A stretch of 64,000 bases of DNA from Pachysolen tannophilus NRRL Y-2460 (taxonomy: Eukaryota). The notes beneath the pieces were generated by a model. That model was not told where the DNA came from. It saw only the letters and a program-made list of their open reading frames with translations, and made no database searches. This document shows, piece after piece, positions 1-13,533 of the stretch (positions are counted from its first letter, which is position 1; the number at the start of each line of letters is the position of its first letter). The position numbers and the translations under genes were made by a program. The stretch covers positions 776,502 to 840,501 of the forward strand of contig KV454013.1 in the NCBI GenBank assembly GCA_001661245.1, in the 5' to 3' direction.

Positions 1-555
1 TTGGTTCTTTTGTTGTTTGATTATTCAGTATCGGTTTATGTGTATTCATTTCATCAAAGAAAAAAGGAGAAAAAAAGGTAACAAAAAAAAAAAAAAAGAA
101 ACTCCTGTCTTTATCTCTTCTTGAGTTTCAAGTTCTTCCTTCTTTTGAATATTTCCTTATAACTCGAAAAATGTATTATTATAAAATGTTTCTGTTATGT
201 TTTTGTTTTGTTTTCAAAATAAAATAAAAAGTAGTTTGACTCCACACTTCACGTAATAATCAAAAACTAAATATTCATGAAGTAACAACAGCAATACACT
301 CTAGATAGCAATGGACAGAATCTTTTTATTATCCAAATGATACTCTAGCAAATAAAACATATCTGGATTTTTAGAAAAAGCATTATTTATTTAAGATAAA
401 GACAGTAGCAGAAAACAAATTTACCTTAGTTTTAAGAAAAATTACACCACGCGAAGAGTTAAAAAAGATGCCAAAAAATAAAAACAAAAAAAATTCATTT
501 AATTATACAAATGATGAATTATTAAAGCCATATTCTATGTAGAAATTATGATTGA

Positions 556-2748
556 CTAGTCACTTTCAATTACCATCACTTCTCCGTCATCGCCGTCATC
601 ATCGCTTGAATCCTCACCTCTTTTTAAATCATTTACTATGAAATCGATATCACTAGTCACTTTAACGTCTAAGTTATTGCTATTATTACCGCCTGTACTT
701 TTATTATTTAAATTGAAATTTTTCATCCTGTTTATCGGTGTATTTACCAATTGGTTTGATTTCACGGATTTAGTTTTGAATAACGATGAATTTTTGAAAT
801 ATCTGCTGACCAGTTCTTCAGATTTGAGTAAAAATTCTTCATTACGTTCACTTGAAATATTTTCTTCTAATGCTTTTTTTAACAAATCTGTTGCAACAGG
901 ATCATTGGGCTGAATCGATAGGGCAACATGTAATGTCTCGATTGCTTTGTTGATTTCATTTCTTTTTAAATGAACTAAACCTATAGCTGAATAAATATTT
1001 GAATCTTTAGAAGATATTTTTAAGACTTGATTAAAACTTTGTAACGATTTATCATATAACCGTAATCTTCTATAGACATGTCCCAAATTAGCGTGAATTG
1101 ATAACCAAGCTTTTGAGTCTGAATTTAAATCTTTAGCTCTTTCTAAAGCATCTTGGAAAAACTGTTCTGCTTGATTTAAATTGTTTTTATGGTACTGTAT
1201 CACACCCATTTCATTTAGCAATAATGGATCTGTAGGACATATTGAATATGAATAATTCAAATATTCTTCTGCCAAAGTTATATTATTCATTTGTAAATAT
1301 TGCATACCTAAAAATAAATTTGGTAAATGAGTCCCTGGGAATAATCTTGATGCTGTAGCGTAGGCACTTATAGCTTGTTCATGTTCTCCTTCAGCAGCAA
1401 ATGTATGTGCAAATCCAATCCATGCTTGACCAAAATTTGGATTTAATAATGAAGCTTTAGAGAAAAATCTTCTTGCTTCTGAAATTCTATTTATTGAAAG
1501 ATAATATATTCCAACTGCTAACCAAGTAACATGATTATTAGGATGATTTTCTGCTAATCTATGAGCAACTAAAAATAATTTATTTTTACCACCTAATTCA
1601 TGAAGACAACTAAGATAATTTGGTAAAACGGTAAAATTAAATTCATCTTTTTCCAAAATTTTTTCACATATTTCTAAACATTGTTGAAATCTACATTGAA
1701 CAAATAATAAATCTGCTCTGCTTAATAATATATCACTATTTTCTCCCAAAGTATATTCTTCTTTTAACCTTGAATCAGCTTCTTCATAAGCTTTAATGTT
1801 AATATACTTATTCAATCTTGTTGTATATAACAATTTAACCAATTCATTATTATTATCGGCATCATCAAAGTTTAACATTGATAACAATTCCCATTCTTCC
1901 TTTGGTGTCATTAAATTATTTTTAATTAATTCATCAAATGCTTCAAAACATTTTACATCTACCAAGACTGCTTCTTTATAACATTCTTCAGCTCTATCAA
2001 AATTATTTTGATTTGCATAAATTAAGCCTCTAAGATAACACATTGAGGCTTCTAATTTAATACCACCATCTTGATTTTTAACAAATTGTTCGTTTTTAAA
2101 AGGATTTATTTCTCCGATTATATCTAGAGCCTCATCCCATTTTTCTAATTTTGTTAAACATAATGCTTTTAAATAACGACAACTAACACTTTCATCAAAT
2201 TCCCTTTTACCACTTAACAATTTTCTTGCCCTTGTGTAATTACCACTTGTATAATGCACTTGCGCCAACCAGAACGCATCATTAGGATCATTTGTTAATG
2301 CCAATACTTTATCGCCAATATATTCAGCTGTCTTATAATGATGTTGCATAAGAGCATCATGCCTCCATAATCTCAATTTATCAGCCTGGCTAAGTGGTAT
2401 CTGCTCTTTTTCCTCATCTCGAGCCCTCCGTGTATCTCCTCCAACGTCCACCTCATCATCATCATCTTCTTCATCTTCTTCTTCCCCTCCAACACTATTG
2501 TTATACAGAACCCTACTCAATTTTGACGAAGAAGCAGGAGTACTACTCGTGAAAATTTTACTGGAATTGAGATTTGAACTCTTCTTAGCATTCACATTCG
2601 AAAGACTACCATCGTTATTACCAGCACCTGTACCATCATTCACGTTTGTTGGCGGCGTTACATAAAATAAATCTCTTCTTCTATTTATCAACAAAGGAGA
2701 TATTGTTAAAGTAGAATTATGCTGCGAACTCGGACTATTAGATGCCAT
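556..2748 (-). CDS. CDC16: Anaphase-promoting complex TPR subunit Cdc16/Apc6
   Basis: LRLWRHDALMQHHYKTAEYIGDKV, GGIKLEASMCYLRG, AWIGFAHTFAAEGEHEQAISAY and multiple TPR repeats. The first true ATG is at 2748 (MASNSP). Confidence 0.95.
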   Translation of the reverse strand: MASNSPSSQHNSTLTISPLLINRRRDLFYVTPPTNVNDGTGAGNNDGSLSNVNAKKSSNLNSSKIFTSSTPASSSKLSRVLYNNSVGGEEEDEEDDDDEVDVGGDTRRARDEEKEQIPLSQADKLRLWRHDALMQHHYKTAEYIGDKVLALTNDPNDAFWLAQVHYTSGNYTRARKLLSGKREFDESVSCRYLKALCLTKLEKWDEALDIIGEINPFKNEQFVKNQDGGIKLEASMCYLRGLIYANQNNFDRAEECYKEAVLVDVKCFEAFDELIKNNLMTPKEEWELLSMLNFDDADNNNELVKLLYTTRLNKYINIKAYEEADSRLKEEYTLGENSDILLSRADLLFVQCRFQQCLEICEKILEKDEFNFTVLPNYLSCLHELGGKNKLFLVAHRLAENHPNNHVTWLAVGIYYLSINRISEARRFFSKASLLNPNFGQAWIGFAHTFAAEGEHEQAISAYATASRLFPGTHLPNLFLGMQYLQMNNITLAEEYLNYSYSICPTDPLLLNEMGVIQYHKNNLNQAEQFFQDALERAKDLNSDSKAWLSIHANLGHVYRRLRLYDKSLQSFNQVLKISSKDSNIYSAIGLVHLKRNEINKAIETLHVALSIQPNDPVATDLLKKALEENISSERNEEFLLKSEELVSRYFKNSSLFKTKSVKSNQLVNTPINRMKNFNLNNKSTGGNNSNNLDVKVTSDIDFIVNDLKRGEDSSDDDGDDGEVMVIESD

Positions 2749-3450
2749 CTTATATATATAAATATCCACTCAACCGCTATTATGCAACTATAAAAACAAC
2801 TCCAACAATTAAACAAGCTGATCCAAGGGATCTTGACAAGAGCGCTAAAGTCCAAAAAGTTGAAACCTGTATATGTATATATATATATATCTATATACTC
2901 CAGATGATCTATAATCTCTTTTTAGCGTACCCATTCTTTTTTGATCTTCTTGCCGTGTCAATAATTATTGTAAACAAAGAGATCGCAAATGGCAGATATC
3001 AGATGGCAGCACAACACAAATAAGGTCAAATAACTATGTGTGTGTGTGTGTGTCTCTAAATACCAAACATTCCCAAACAGGAAACAACACATTATAAAAA
3101 AAACTGTGGTAGTGCACACTATACAAAACGTATAGATTTTTTTATTTTTTTTATTTATTAAAGAGAGAACCAAAAACTGGTAGTGCGCCAAATCCAAAAT
3201 GCAGCTTGAATTTTTCGGCCTAAAAGTCGGGCCTATATGTGCGGTACAATTGTTGCGCAGAGTGAAAAATTTGAGAAACCAGCCTTTAACTATAAGTCAT
3301 AATATGAATCATCTTCACATCGATAAGAAGTCAGTCATTTAGCTTTCAGTTATATTTAAATAATAAAATATATCTTTCTTTTTGAGAAAATAAAAGAAAA
3401 AAAAAAATAAAGTTGAAGAGATTTATATTTTTTATACTCACTGATAGTAA

Positions 3451-4590
<1,140 letters not shown>

Positions 4591-4721
4591 AAAAATTTGA
4601 AGAGATTTCTACAGTCTTGTTTGTCTTGTTTTTTCTTTTACGATAATAATGTTAATATTATTATGATTATTATTAATATTATTATAATTATTATTATGTA
4701 GCCTTAATTTAAATACATATT

Positions 4722-5975
4722 TTATTCTAATTCAACAGTAACTTTTGACATTTTATGTTTTTTATTTTTTTTCCTTTGCCTTGAATTCATATTACCATTC
4801 ATGATCTTTTTAATCTCCTCTCCATCTGTCTCGTATTCACTTTCAATACCACCAGCATTTTCACCTTCTTCATTGGCTTCTTCATATCTTCTTTTCATGG
4901 AGTCAAATTTTTCAACATTTTCACTAACAACACAACAACAGTTTAACCTTTCACCAGTATCATATACTGCAACTTGATCTTTTATACTAAGATCCCAAAC
5001 AACAATCTTACCATCAGATGAGATTGAAATTAAGAATTTAGTTGAAGTCTGATGATCTTCATATATTCTAAAATCTTTAACTCTATTTGAATGTCCAACT
5101 AATTTAAAACCTGGTGTTAAAGAATCTAAATCAATTTCTTCATCTTCCAAATTTAATATCGATTTTAAATCGTTAAAAATTATTGATCCATTATTATGAG
5201 CAGTGATTAAATATTCAACATTATCAATAACAGCAATTAAAAGTTTCATTAAAGTTGATTTAAATTTTAAAAATTTAAAAATTTTAGCATTAGTAGTTTG
5301 ATAAATTAAAATTTTATTTAATAAACCAACAACAAATTCATTACCATTTTTTGACCATTCAACAAATTGACCACTTTGTCCCAAAGTATCTTTACCTTTC
5401 ATCTTTAAAGTACTTGCCTTCTTTGCAGTCATCAAATTCCATAATTTAATAGTTTTATCATCACTTACACTAACAGCAACTCTACCTGATGGATGTATAG
5501 CTAAATCATTAACTCTAGCAGTATGACCTTTTAAAGTTCCAAAAATTTCCCAATCTTTTGTTCTCCATATTATGATATTCCCATCATCAGATCCTGATAA
5601 AAGCCATTTCCCAGATTTTTCTAAATTATCTTTATTATCCAATTTACTTGATTGATCTTTTAATGGTGCTTCTGAAGAAAATTCTAATGTTGTAATAGAT
5701 CCTGAATGTGAAAGTAAAGTACCCAATTCTTTTCTTTTTTGTAAATCGTAAATCTTAATATGTTCATCATTACCACCACTTACGAGATACCTTTTTGCCA
5801 GATCCACACACCTTATCGAAAGGGAATGAGCTTGAAAATGGAAAATTGGTTGAAAAATTGGAGTCAAAGATTTATTTAATATCAATGAAAGACATAATAA
5901 ATTATGCTCATAAGAACCAACAATAATTCTAAATTGTATTGGTTTATTAACACTATTCTCCCCAGATTCAGACAT
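4722..5975 (-). CDS. MAK11: WD40 60S ribosome biogenesis factor Mak11/PAK1IP1
   Basis: FRIIVGSYEHNLLCLSL, PIFHFQAHSLSI, IYDLQKRKELGTLL, WD repeats. Lies near CDC16 as in S. cerevisiae. Confidence 0.93.
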   Translation of the reverse strand: MSESGENSVNKPIQFRIIVGSYEHNLLCLSLILNKSLTPIFQPIFHFQAHSLSIRCVDLAKRYLVSGGNDEHIKIYDLQKRKELGTLLSHSGSITTLEFSSEAPLKDQSSKLDNKDNLEKSGKWLLSGSDDGNIIIWRTKDWEIFGTLKGHTARVNDLAIHPSGRVAVSVSDDKTIKLWNLMTAKKASTLKMKGKDTLGQSGQFVEWSKNGNEFVVGLLNKILIYQTTNAKIFKFLKFKSTLMKLLIAVIDNVEYLITAHNNGSIIFNDLKSILNLEDEEIDLDSLTPGFKLVGHSNRVKDFRIYEDHQTSTKFLISISSDGKIVVWDLSIKDQVAVYDTGERLNCCCVVSENVEKFDSMKRRYEEANEEGENAGGIESEYETDGEEIKKIMNGNMNSRQRKKNKKHKMSKVTVELE

Positions 5976-6149
5976 TCTTTTCCAATCCTCCCCAAATGTC
6001 TTAATTTATTAGCAAAAGAATAAATTCTTGGTTAAGTTATAATTCTTGATTGTATAGTAATTATTCACAATAAAAACAAAAAAAAAAAAAAAATTTAAAA
6101 AAAAATTTTTTTTTTTTTTGTTTTTGCTTTTTTGATGCATAATGAGATG

Positions 6150-6159
6150 TGAAAAATTT
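6150..6159. promoter_or_regulatory. RRPE element (TGAAAAATTT) upstream of MAK11
   Basis: Consensus match ~175 bp upstream of a ribosome-biogenesis gene. Confidence 0.5.
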
Positions 6160-6346
6160 AAAAATTTAATTTCATTTTTTTGATTACAACAACCAAAAGT
6201 TCACTAATCACTAATTAAGATATAATATAGTGAACGTTATAGTCTTTAAAATGAGTTCAACATAATAAATAAACTTTTATTTAACTGATGGCTTGAAGCA
6301 AGGGCCGATAACCAAAAAAAAAAAATAATAAATATTTAATTCAACT

Positions 6347-6827
6347 NNNNNNNNNNNNNNNNNNNNNNNNNNNNNNNNNNNNNNNNNNNNNNNNNNNNNN
6401 NNNNNNNNNNNNNNNNNNNNNNNNNNNNNNNNNNNNNNNNNNNNNNNNNNNNNNNNNNNNNNNNNNNNNNNNNNNNNNNNNNNNNNNNNNNNNNNNNNNN
6501 NNNNNNNNNNNNNNNNNNNNNNNNNNNNNNNNNNNNNNNNNNNNNNNNNNNNNNNNNNNNNNNNNNNNNNNNNNNNNNNNNNNNNNNNNNNNNNNNNNNN
6601 NNNNNNNNNNNNNNNNNNNNNNNNNNNNNNNNNNNNNNNNNNNNNNNNNNNNNNNNNNNNNNNNNNNNNNNNNNNNNNNNNNNNNNNNNNNNNNNNNNNN
6701 NNNNNNNNNNNNNNNNNNNNNNNNNNNNNNNNNNNNNNNNNNNNNNNNNNNNNNNNNNNNNNNNNNNNNNNNNNNNNNNNNNNNNNNNNNNNNNNNNNNN
6801 NNNNNNNNNNNNNNNNNNNNNNNNNNA
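6347..6827. other. Assembly gap (481 N)
   Basis: Run of N. Confidence 1.
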
Positions 6828-9800
6828 AAAAAAAAAACCAAAAAAGAAAAAAAAAAAAATCATGCGATATCAATTATTAGTAAGTAATCTTAAAACATTT
6901 TGGTACAAGATACTAGGATATTTTGAAGCCTCGACTCCGCATCCCACATAAGGAAAATGAAATCTAAAGTTATTCTAAATTATCTAGATCTGTCGCTGTC
7001 CAGGTTCGTCTAACTTAACATTGCAGTATAGAAAATGATGAGGATAAATGAATTATTTACTTGTATTTGTACTTGTACTTTTACTTGTACTTGTAAGCTC
7101 GTACTACAGTTTTAATTTTATTGCATGTTTGTGTTTTAAGGTGCATAAATAACAAGAAACAAGAAAAGAATTTAAAATTATCATTTACAAGGTAAGAAAG
7201 GCTTACAAGTAAATTTCTAAAAATATATAGAGAAAAGAATATTATAGAATAGAATAGAAGGAAAGAAATTAAGCCAAAAAGAAGGAATTTTTTTTTTAAT
7301 AATAATAAAAAAAAAAAAGTATCATTCATTCATTTAAAAAATAAAAAAGTTACAAAATTTCTTACTATTATGTAAATGCAGGTAAATGCAAGAAGTACAA
7401 GTTGGAAAATATAAAGTAATTTTCCTTATTTCCTTTTTGTAGTTTTTAACTGAATGGTTTCAAGAGGTATGTTCCTATTCTATAAACCTTGAATATTGCT
7501 TGGCGTTCATGTATATAAATTTTTCGTTAAAACCATTTTATATGGATAGATTTTTTTTTTTTTTTTTACCTTTTTTTATGGTGCGATTGATGTATGATGT
7601 ATGTACAGCAGAATAACAGTTATACAGTAGTCAGTACAGTAACTAGCCAAGTAAGTAAGTAAGCAAGTAAGTAAATAAGTAAGTAGCATAGCATATCAAG
7701 TAAGTTTGAGCCTATGACAGCATGATGCCGAAATTACCATTTATGAAAAGAAACTAATTGTATTTATCTAGTTTTATTTTTCGAGGTACATTTGTAATGT
7801 TTGAGTTGTTGTAGTTGTTGTTGTTATACTCAACAAATTCTTTTTTTGTTTGTTAAAACAAGCAAGTCTTGTTAAAAAAATTGAGCAATAAAAAAATTGT
7901 TCTATACATACAATTAATGTTCAAAATCAAACTTTCAATTGCATTTTAATTTGGTCCGTCTTGAGAGGTTTTTTAATATGGGATGAATATTCCTTAAAGA
8001 GACTGAATTATTTATTTTTTTTTTAAAAGATTTTCAAAATAACCTCAAACCTGTTTATTCTAAATACAAATTCAAATTTAAAAAATGTAAAAATTTCTTG
8101 TATAGGTAATACTACAGATTGCAATTTTTTGAACTTAACGCCGAGAAAAAATAAAAATTAAAAAATTAAAAATTTCAAAAGGGCGGCGAGGTAGCGGCGG
8201 CCAGCGGGTCGGTTAGGGAAAAATAAGGAGAAGCAAATGGAATTATAATTTTTATTTTAATCATCATCATATTACTTATCCATTACAAGGTTTATAATTT
8301 AATATTGATTACAAGGTGGAATTTGAAGCAAATAAAATAAAGATTGGCTATAATATTCCAAGTAACTAAGAGAAAAGGAAAGGATAAATTCAATTACGCA
8401 TCTTTTGTTTTTTTCTTTTATTTTTTATTTTTTATTATTATTATTATTATTATTAGTAATTTATCTTTTATCTTAATGCTTTGAAATAATCAGCATAAAA
8501 ATCGTGTAATCAGTAATGAAAACCATCAGCCGGCCATTTTTGAAAGATACTCCGAAAATTTAAAAGAATTGATTGACTCTTTTGCATATCTCCTTAGTTT
8601 AACGCGGGCGTAAAGAGTGAAAAAGAGACATGCATTATTTTTTTCGCCTGAGATTGCCGGTAAATGCATCCAGAACCTGGTAAAAAAAAAGAAAGAATAC
8701 AAACAAAAAAATAAAAATAAAAAATGACTTTCAAATACTAAGAGATGGGGAAATGAAATTTTAACAAAATTAAATTAAAATAAAATTATAGAAAGGACCT
8801 TAGCTAAAGAATGGGCAACAGTTAAAAGTTTAGTTTAATTTAATTTAATTTAGTTTAGAATAAAATAAATATACTTTGCCTATATTATAAAAATTTGGTC
8901 ATCTAGCAAGAAAAAAAAAAAAAAAATTTTTTTTTTTTTCTGTTTCTTAATTAGAGTCTTTGAAGTTTTTTTATTTTTTTAAACTTCAATTAACTTTAGA
9001 ACTTCTATTTTATAGAAGCCTAGAATAACTTGTTTTCCATTTGTTGCCATTTTCATGTAGTATTTCTTTTTTTCGAAACTTCTGTATGAATGATGTATTT
9101 AGCTGCCAATTCCCGGCTAAAGAAAAATTTAGGAGGTGCAGGCGCAACGTACTACCTTACCTTACCTATATACGCCTAAAAAATTTTTCTTGTTTTTTTT
9201 ATTTTTTTTTTTCCCTCTCTTTTTAGATAGAGATAACCCTGGTTTATGAAACGAAAAAGAAAGAGAATAGGGTGGTGGTGTTTGTTGCTCTTTATTCTTA
9301 TATAGAATACATACAAAATACAACTAAACTAACTGCATAGATAGATTACTACTAAAAATAAGAATGTAAAAAAAAAAAAAAATCAAAAAAAAAAAGATTA
9401 ACGTTACGATCAATATCAACCTGGTCATTTCATTAACATGAAACCCTGAATCATACCGTGAGTGAGCTAAAGAGTTACTATATTTTCTTTTTTTTTTGAG
9501 GCATCATCAGTGGACTAGTTCTTAAAACTCAGGACAAGGAAAGCGGAAAGCAAAAAGTAGAAGAGGAGGCGGTAAAACATCATGCAAATAAAGTAATCGT
9601 AATCAGATAATAAAGCACTGTCTGTGTCTTTGTGCAAGAAGAGGATACGTTAGAGGCACTACCGTATAAAAAAATAAAAAAAAAAGAAAAAAAAAAGTTA
9701 CTTGTTATAAGGAGTGTTTTGCTCTAATACATATAACAATGTTACATTTAAAAAATATTTATTGTAAAAACTTTATTATGTAGCAATCAATCAATCAATC

Positions 9801-10141
9801 AATCAATCAATACAAAGAATTAAATTTTTTTTTATTTATTTATTTTTTTATTTTCTGATGCGATGTAGAGATTGCTATCATTGAAGATCCAAAGGTACGA
9901 ACTCATTTATGAAAACAATAAGTTTATTATTTTTCCTTTTAAAAAAAAAAAATTTTTTTTCGTAGTATAGCAATATTACTTGGCGCTTGCATTTTCTTCT
10001 ATTGTCTTGATTACTCTATTATTGTTGATCGGAGAAGCAATTTTGTTAAAAAAAAAAACTGGCTGGTCTCTGCTGGTCGCAGGTCGCTTGTCAATTTCAA
10101 TTTCAGTTTTAAAATACCTAGAAGTTTAAAAAGAAACAAAA

Positions 10142-10174
<33 letters not shown>

Positions 10175-10705
10175 CTTCTTCTTCTTCTTCTTCTTCACAC
10201 AAAAAAAAAATTAAAGAATCTTCAAAATACAGCCCATTGGTTTAACTTTGCATATAAAGTCATCACCATCTGCATTGTTAACAATATACCACTTGTATGC
10301 AATGCATATAAAGGGATTTGAAATACATACATTAAAATGCACGTATTGCATATGTTTGCTTGTGGTTTATGCAAGAATGTGTTTTAGAAGCATACAATTT
10401 ATACCAACTATACCATAAACTAAGCCTAAAAAATACTCTATTTACGCGTACATCTTTTCTTTATATACGTTTTTCTTAATGTTTTCCGCAATATTATCAT
10501 TATTGTTTCTGTGTTAAGAAGATGATTTTTACGAAATAGCAGAATATGTCCAGAGGTTTGAAATATATTAAAAAATATAAAAATATAAAAAAATATATAT
10601 ATATATATACATGGATAGATTAAAATATTATATATTAAAAAAAAAAAAAGAATTTCCTCAATAAAAAATTGAGTTTTTCCGCAAGAACGAAAGTTCAGCT
10701 TTATA

Positions 10706-12058
10706 ATGTCATCATCATCTTTGTTTAACCAAAATTTTAATTTTGATCAATATTCACCTCAGGTACTATTGTTAAGTAAACTTTCTTGGTTTTTCTCAAA
10801 TAAGCAAAGTTGTTGTTCACCAAGTGCAAGTTATATAAATTCCATTAAAAAATTACTTAATAATACTCAAATATCTTTATGCAATAGTGATGCTGCTTTA
10901 TATTATTTGTATAAATTAACAGTTTCAAAGAGAACTTCATTTAAAACACTTTTAAAAAAAATTAAAGCATGTAATGGGGGGAATGGGAATGTGAATGGGA
11001 ATTTTCCACAATCGATGGAACAACTGTCATCAATGACAGTACCATCGAATAAAAGTTGTCATTCCAATTTATACTTGCAAGTTGTTACTACATTGATGTT
11101 AAGCAATAAATTTTTAAATGATTCTTCATATACTTTGAAAACATGGTCAGATTTATCATATGTTGATCAAAAAATTTTATGGAAACATGAATTAAAAATA
11201 TTGAATAAATTTAAATTTAAATTAAACATTTCAACAAATGAATGGAAAAATTGGGAATCATTTTTAAAATTAAGTTGTAAAGAATTTGGAATTAATTGTG
11301 ATGAGTTGTTTCGTTATAATGATGAAAAAATTAAAGAAAAATCAAAATTGATTTCAGAAATTCCAAAACAACAATCTGAACTGCATTTCTTATTAACACC
11401 ATGCTCTCCAAAAACTGTATTAATTAATAAAAGTGGGAAAAGAAGTCGGTCAGAATATCAAGACACTACTACTACTACTAATAATTTTTATAACCAAGAA
11501 CCACTTTTCAATAATGATTCCAACAAAAAGTTGAAAACTACAACTGCAAGTACTGCAAGTTCTAGTACTATTAGCGGATCAAGCTTGAGTTCTAATAATT
11601 ACTTTTCATCACCATTTTCACTCCCATATTTCAGCCAAGACATGGGACAAAGCACAGATATTAATTCAACATTATCCGATAAACAATATTACCAACAGCA
11701 ATTAAGCTTATTGAGGTATTACTCATCGTTGCAGCAGCAACAGCAGCCACAACAGCCGCAACAACAGCAACAGCAGTACCCAGAGCCTTATTGCTCATTC
11801 CAAGACCAACAATACCAACAACAACAACACCACCAGCAGAGATTTACAAGTAATTGCCGGATGGTTGTACCCCCTTTAAAAACACAATATAATCCTATAG
11901 AAATGATGAATTCTGTTTACAATCCAAACTCTTTAAATTTTTTAGCTTCACCAAGTTTGTTATCCCCAGAGCATACAATTATTTATCCAGAACAACAACA
12001 ACTCGGTTTCAATTACTCTACAACTACAACTTACAGTGGAAACTATTACAACCAGTAA
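10706..12058 (+). CDS. Pho85-type cyclin-fold protein (Clg1/Pcl-like) with S/Q-rich tail
   Basis: ALYYL...VVTTLMLSNKFLNDSSYTLKTWSDLS...ELKILNKFKFKLNIS matches the Pcl/Clg1 cyclin box; poly-Q C-terminus. Exact orthology is unclear. Confidence 0.75.
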   Translation: MSSSSLFNQNFNFDQYSPQVLLLSKLSWFFSNKQSCCSPSASYINSIKKLLNNTQISLCNSDAALYYLYKLTVSKRTSFKTLLKKIKACNGGNGNVNGNFPQSMEQLSSMTVPSNKSCHSNLYLQVVTTLMLSNKFLNDSSYTLKTWSDLSYVDQKILWKHELKILNKFKFKLNISTNEWKNWESFLKLSCKEFGINCDELFRYNDEKIKEKSKLISEIPKQQSELHFLLTPCSPKTVLINKSGKRSRSEYQDTTTTTNNFYNQEPLFNNDSNKKLKTTTASTASSSTISGSSLSSNNYFSSPFSLPYFSQDMGQSTDINSTLSDKQYYQQQLSLLRYYSSLQQQQQPQQPQQQQQQYPEPYCSFQDQQYQQQQHHQQRFTSNCRMVVPPLKTQYNPIEMMNSVYNPNSLNFLASPSLLSPEHTIIYPEQQQLGFNYSTTTTYSGNYYNQ

Positions 12059-13269
12059 TATTTTTTATTTTGATTAATAATTCATTCGGTAGGCATGGCA
12101 TGGCTCATTCTTTTTTTAAATTTTTTTTTAATTCAGTTCAATTTAATTTAATTTAATTTAACATTTAGTTTATGAGGGGTGTTTTTTTTTTTTTTTTTAT
12201 TTCTTCTGCTTTTGGTTGATTCTAGGCTTGTTTATAGTAAAAAGTAAAAAATAAAAGTTTTATTAATTGGTATCAGGATATTTTCGGTTAGGTATTGGTC
12301 ATTATGATTCTTTATTTTTTTTTTCACATGATTGATGTTCGTAGGAGAAAGATATCTACTGTTTAATTACTTTGACAGGAGAAAGATGATGATATTATTG
12401 TCCCCAAATATTGTCCCCAAGCCCAATAAGATCTTATTCCAATATTAGTAATTATCGTTTTGATAGGTGTACGAGTTTTGTTGTTGTGAACTTTTTAAAA
12501 AGAAAAAAAAAGAAAATTTTTTGTTAGTTTACGTAAGCTCTCACTTATTATTTTACAAAGATCTTTAAAAGCAGTTTCTCAATATTACATTAGCAAATAA
12601 CGGTCTCAGATATTTTAGTAATCAAATTCTGAATAATTTTAGTTTCAACTTTAAAAAGATAAGTTTGTACCTTGGCCTTTTCTTTCGCAGAAATGTCTCT
12701 AATTTCAAGATAATCTGAGCTAATTTTTATTAATTAATACCTCTAGGTTGAAAGAGTCATACAAAAAAATATCTAAAATTTATACGCTAAGAATATATTC
12801 ATTTAATAAACAATGTAGTTTTGTTTAAAATAAAAAAAATGGAAAGCTTAAAATGTCAAAAAAAAATTTTTAAGTGATTTCTTTGTTACAAGTTGCCACT
12901 CAAGCAAGTGTGTAAAATTTTAAAGAATTATATTATTAGCATTAGCATTTCTTTAATGTTAATGATTACCTATCGAAAAAACAATAGAGCAGGTACATAC
13001 TATAACTCATAAACTATAAGTCTTGCTAAAAAATTGGGTTACCTCGGTAGTATATAATAAATAAATTCTTTTGAAATTTCAATTTGTAAACCAGCCAGGA
13101 ATTTATTTTTAATTTACTTGCAGTTAAATAAAAAAAAAACAACAAAGAAAAAGGTAATAGTTAGATTCAAAACAAAATATGGCGATGGAACGCCAACCTT
13201 GTTATTATTTTCTATCAAGATCAACTAGGCTTTCGAATTTCGAACATCATGCTCTCTAGGTTCAAGTAC

Positions 13270-13309
<40 letters not shown>

Positions 13310-13533
13310 TACTATATATATATATATATATTTATATATAAAATATATATAGTAAATATATTTTTTCCCTCAAAGATACAGTGCATATGCAAGATTTAAA
13401 ATTGAAAACATACAAATTCACCATCTAAAACATTTAGTAAAGTTACAATCCTTGAATCCTCGTCTTTCGAAGTAACATTAAAAAAGCTAAATGCTAAAAA
13501 AAAAAAAATTTTATTTTTGTTTGTTTTGTTTGT

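Noticed and set aside
6277..6873. ORFs of 166-198 aa
   Set aside because: They consist almost entirely of N-gap positions.
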